64,000 nucleotides of DNA from Mantamonas sphyraenae STR306 (Eukaryota; Protista; CRuMs): contig JAPMXV010000031.1 of NCBI GenBank assembly GCA_026936335.1, positions 310,001 through 374,000 on the forward strand, given 5' to 3'. The notes under the pieces were generated by a model. The model was not told the DNA's origin. It ran no database searches and worked only from the letters and a program-made list of their open reading frames with translations. Within the stretch, counting starts at the first letter, position 1. Each line of letters opens with the position of its first letter. Made by a program: the position numbers and the translations under genes. Shown here in pieces: positions 60,704 through 64,000 of the stretch.

Positions 60704-60881
60704 GAGAGGAGCGAGTTCCGTGTTTCGTTGGCGGCTGAGTCGCGCTCAGTTGGCAACCTTTTCGCGTGTCGTGAGTGGCCCTGCCGTCTGCCCTGTGCAC
60801 GAGGATCCTACACGCTCTACCCAACATCACTGACACCCACCCATCACTCTCCATCCACCGTTTCCCTGTCCACGCAGAAGG

Positions 60882-61608
60882 ATGAGTCACCGAGAGGCGG
60901 AGCATGACAACTCGACGGCGTTCTTCAAGGTGATGGTGCTTGGCTGCTCGGGGGTGGGCAAAACCTCGCTGTGCTCACAGTTCACCACCAACCAAGTGCC
61001 CGACGAGCACAGGCTGACGGAAATGGGGGAGGATCCGTGGTTGGCACGGCGGGAAGTGCACGGGGAGGATTCGATGATCGAATTGCAGGACACCAAGGGC
61101 ATGTCGCTACTGCCGCCGTCGTCAAACAACAGGGCGCCGCAGGTAGAGGACATTGTGCATCTCATGCTGGACGGGGACAAGCCTTCAGAAACACAGGCGC
61201 GAGAGGAGGCGTTCACGGCAAAGGCGGCAAAGGCCGTGAACGAATTCGCGCGGCGACACACAGACACGGGGTTCATCCTCATGGTGGACCTTCACCGGCA
61301 CGAAACACTCGAAAAGGCGGAGGAGCTGATGGCTGAGCTGTGCAGGGTGGTGGGTTACCATCGTGAAGACCACAGGAGGGGCGACCCTGCGGGCACGTTT
61401 CCAATGCCCATTGTGGTGGTGGGCAACAAGGCAGACGGAGGCAAGAAGAAGCGAGAAGTGGAATATGACGAAGGGGCGTACACGGCACAGAAGTATGGCA
61501 TGATGTACGTGGAGACCAGCGTGAAGAACAACACGGGGTTGGACGAGCTCTTCTACAAGCTCGTGGAGCTGGTGGCATTGTACAAAGGCGCCTCGGCCCT
61601 GGACGGGT
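60882..61608 (+). CDS. Atypical Ras-family small GTPase domain (probably fused to downstream ORF)
   Basis: G1 GCSGVGKT, G3 DTKG, G4 NKAD, G5 ETSVK. No CAAX box. Confidence 0.82.
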
Positions 61609-62913
61609 ATGAGTTTCGAGAACGAAGATTTGGATCTGACGGAAAGGGGGTTTTGGCAAACGGCAGAGGCCATGCGCGGGATCGGTGGCGTGGAGATCTG
61701 CGAACGCCGGCACTTTTTCAGCAAACACTCGGATTGCTTCCTGGGCAGCGACGCCGTGACCTTTCTCATGCTGCACCTGGGTGTGAATGAGGACGAGGCC
61801 GAACACTATCTGCAGGCCATGGTCGAGATGCACATCATGCACCCGGTGGGAGTGAAATCGCCGCCGGAAACGTGGAACAACTCCAGTTTCGCGCTGTACC
61901 GCTTCCAGGAGGACGAACCACCGCCGCCACTGAACATGAAGCGAATCTGCGTCAAACTGGAGCGTCCCACGTACCAGATTGCAGAGTCGCTGGTGACGTC
62001 GTTGCATGCGGCGATGAAGGAGGCGATCGACGAAGACATGGCCATTGACGTCGGGGCCCTGGCCAAGTCGCAGGGGTTCCGAGACTATGTGTATGCCACA
62101 ACGGAACTGCAGCGCATTGAACTGCGCACCATGGGACGCAACGAGAGCATTGCCTTTTTCTTGAACATCTACAACGCGCTGACGATCCACGCGCGCATTT
62201 GCCTGGATGTGAGCGGCCTGTTCAGCACCAAGATGACATTCTTTGACACGGCCAGCTACAATATCGGCGGGATGATCTTTACGCTGAACGACATTGAAAA
62301 CGGGATCCTGCGCGGGAACAAGCGGCGTCCATATGGTCTGCGCAAGCCCTTTGCGGACGACGACGAGCGGGCGAAACATGTGATCCGCAAGCCTGACCCG
62401 CGCATCCACTTTGCACTGAACTGTGGCGCCACATCATGTCCGCCGATCCGATACTACGACGCGGCTCGACTGGAACGGCAGCTGGCAGTGGCAGCCATGC
62501 ACTTTTGCGAGGACACCACCGAGGTGGATGAGGAGCGGGGTGTGTTGGTGCTCAGCAAGCTGTTTTCGTGGTACTACAGCGACTTTGCAGGCGACCAGGA
62601 CGAGCTCATCATGAATCTGCTGATGTACCTCGGGGTGCCACGCAAACAGTTGAACAAGCGGCAGGAACGGCAGAAAGAACAACGCAAGGGTGGATTCTGG
62701 GGTTGGTTGGGATTGGGCAAGAAGGACGACGATGACGACGACGACGACGACGACGACGATCTGTTTTTGGACGATGATCCAGAAGACGACGACGAAGAGG
62801 AAGACTACTACGTGCGTGACGCCCTGCTGAAGATGGTGCTCGAGGAAAGGCGCATCAAGATCACCTACGAGGACTACGACTGGAGCGATCGATTCAAATT
62901 GGGGATTTCGTGA
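61609..62913 (+). CDS. DEP + DUF547 domain protein
   Basis: DEP (DCFLGSDAVTFL...LYRF). DUF547 (AFFLNIYNALTIH, FTLNDIENGILRGN, DPRIHFALNCGATSCPPI, LSKLFSWYYSDF, YDW). Confidence 0.9.
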   Translation: MSFENEDLDLTERGFWQTAEAMRGIGGVEICERRHFFSKHSDCFLGSDAVTFLMLHLGVNEDEAEHYLQAMVEMHIMHPVGVKSPPETWNNSSFALYRFQEDEPPPPLNMKRICVKLERPTYQIAESLVTSLHAAMKEAIDEDMAIDVGALAKSQGFRDYVYATTELQRIELRTMGRNESIAFFLNIYNALTIHARICLDVSGLFSTKMTFFDTASYNIGGMIFTLNDIENGILRGNKRRPYGLRKPFADDDERAKHVIRKPDPRIHFALNCGATSCPPIRYYDAARLERQLAVAAMHFCEDTTEVDEERGVLVLSKLFSWYYSDFAGDQDELIMNLLMYLGVPRKQLNKRQERQKEQRKGGFWGWLGLGKKDDDDDDDDDDDDLFLDDDPEDDDEEEDYYVRDALLKMVLEERRIKITYEDYDWSDRFKLGIS

Positions 62914-62981
62914 GTGGAAGGCAAAATGCACAGCAGTTCATGGTCGTGGTCCTGTCCAGCAGAACAACAGCACGCACAAGG

Positions 62982-64000
62982 TCACGTGGGCCTGCATCCG
63001 ACGCCGTGAGTTCCGTCGTCGTCGTCGTCGTCCAGCTGGAGCAGATCTGCTTCCATGAGTTGCATGAGGCGACGAACAGAGATGCGCATGCTGCGGGAGG
63101 GCCTGCGCATGCGGTCGAGGTTGGCTTGGGTGTGAATGGACCAGTCTTCACGATCGTCTGCAGAGGGCGGGGTACCCACGGGTTCCCAGATTTTGATGGT
63201 GTCCTCGATGCCCGAGGTGACGAGGGTGGAGTCGAAAGGATGTGTGAGGACCACGTTGACGACGTGAAAGTCGCCTTCGAGGAGCTGGAGCAGCTTGCCA
63301 GACTCTCGATCCCAGATAAAGATGCGACCGCAATCGCTCCCACTGACAATGTACTGGGACTGTGGACCCATAAAGTTGACCTCTTTGATGGTTTCCGAGT
63401 TTCGATGGCCCTTGAACACCTGGACGTACGTAGGATCGCTTGTTCTCAGGGATTGGAAGTTATGCGACGCCGCCGTGGAAGACCAGTCGGTGTCGTCCAC
63501 ATCCGACTCGGAATCAATGTCTTCTTCCGGATCCGATTCGGAATCCGAGTCGGAAACACTCTCGCTGCCCGAGTGAGATTGTGCAGCCTCGTCAAGATCG
63601 AGCGGGCTTTCGCGGTGGCCTGTTGTTGTTGTTGTTGTTGTGGTTGTTGTTGTTGTTGTTTCCGTCGTCGTCCTCGTACGCTCCTGCTCCTGTTCTTGTT
63701 TCGGCTCTGGCTCGTCTGCATCGTCCATGGTGGGCACCTTGTCCATGGAGATAATCTGTGCGAGATGAGCGCCGACGGCGTTGAGCATCAAATCACGGTC
63801 GTCCTGGTCGTCCTCCACCACGGGGTGAGTGTGGTCGTCTTTGTCGTCTTCGTCGTCGTCTTTGCTTGCCACCTGTTCATTCAGTTCGACCACAGTGTGG
63901 AGATGGTGATGGGAAGGGTTGCCGGTTGCGATGCTCTCGTCGTACAACTTTGTCTTTTTCACGCTGTGGTCGTGTTCGATTTCTGCCCGCCTCTGTTCCA
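62982..64000 (-). CDS. DCAF6/DCAF8-like WD40 protein, C-terminal part
   Basis: FKGHRNSETIKEVNFMG...IVSGSDCGRIFIWDR...GDFHVVN...TSGIEDTIKIWEP. The 5' end lies outside the window. Confidence 0.85.
   Translation of the reverse strand, partial: EQRRAEIEHDHSVKKTKLYDESIATGNPSHHHLHTVVELNEQVASKDDDEDDKDDHTHPVVEDDQDDRDLMLNAVGAHLAQIISMDKVPTMDDADEPEPKQEQEQERTRTTTETTTTTTTTTTTTTGHRESPLDLDEAAQSHSGSESVSDSDSESDPEEDIDSESDVDDTDWSSTAASHNFQSLRTSDPTYVQVFKGHRNSETIKEVNFMGPQSQYIVSGSDCGRIFIWDRESGKLLQLLEGDFHVVNVVLTHPFDSTLVTSGIEDTIKIWEPVGTPPSADDREDWSIHTQANLDRMRRPSRSMRISVRRLMQLMEADLLQLDDDDDDGTHGVGCRPT

Overview
This is a gene-dense eukaryotic window from an unidentified, probably flagellated protist (PKD2, ARMC9 and TSNAXIP1-like genes). 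It has short GT-AG introns rich in (CA)n/(GT)n and about 29 protein-coding loci, mostly housekeeping. The standout is a ~6.34 kb insertion (21290-27628) that splits an ankyrin-repeat gene and is flanked by a perfect 12-bp target-site duplication (ATCGGATACCCA). Removing it restores the ankyrin reading frame. The element has no terminal inverted repeats and no recognisable transposase. It encodes one giant, probably spliced protein (~1,940 aa) with an apparently intact C-terminal Fanzor/TnpB-type RuvC and Zn finger, and possibly a degenerate XPG/Asteroid-like PIN domain. Both element ends carry nested, base-paired candidate RNA structures that would read outward into the host flanks, and the reconstructed empty site is symmetric (TGG-N12-CCA). 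A two-guide RNA-guided mobile system is therefore a testable hypothesis. Other unusual architectures are an FG-GAP/TIG/Cys-rich/multi-TM/SH3 receptor, a probable Ras-DEP-DUF547 fusion, and a CRIP1a-like/FERM-N/C1 protein. All family calls come from motif recognition by eye; no searches or folding programs were run.
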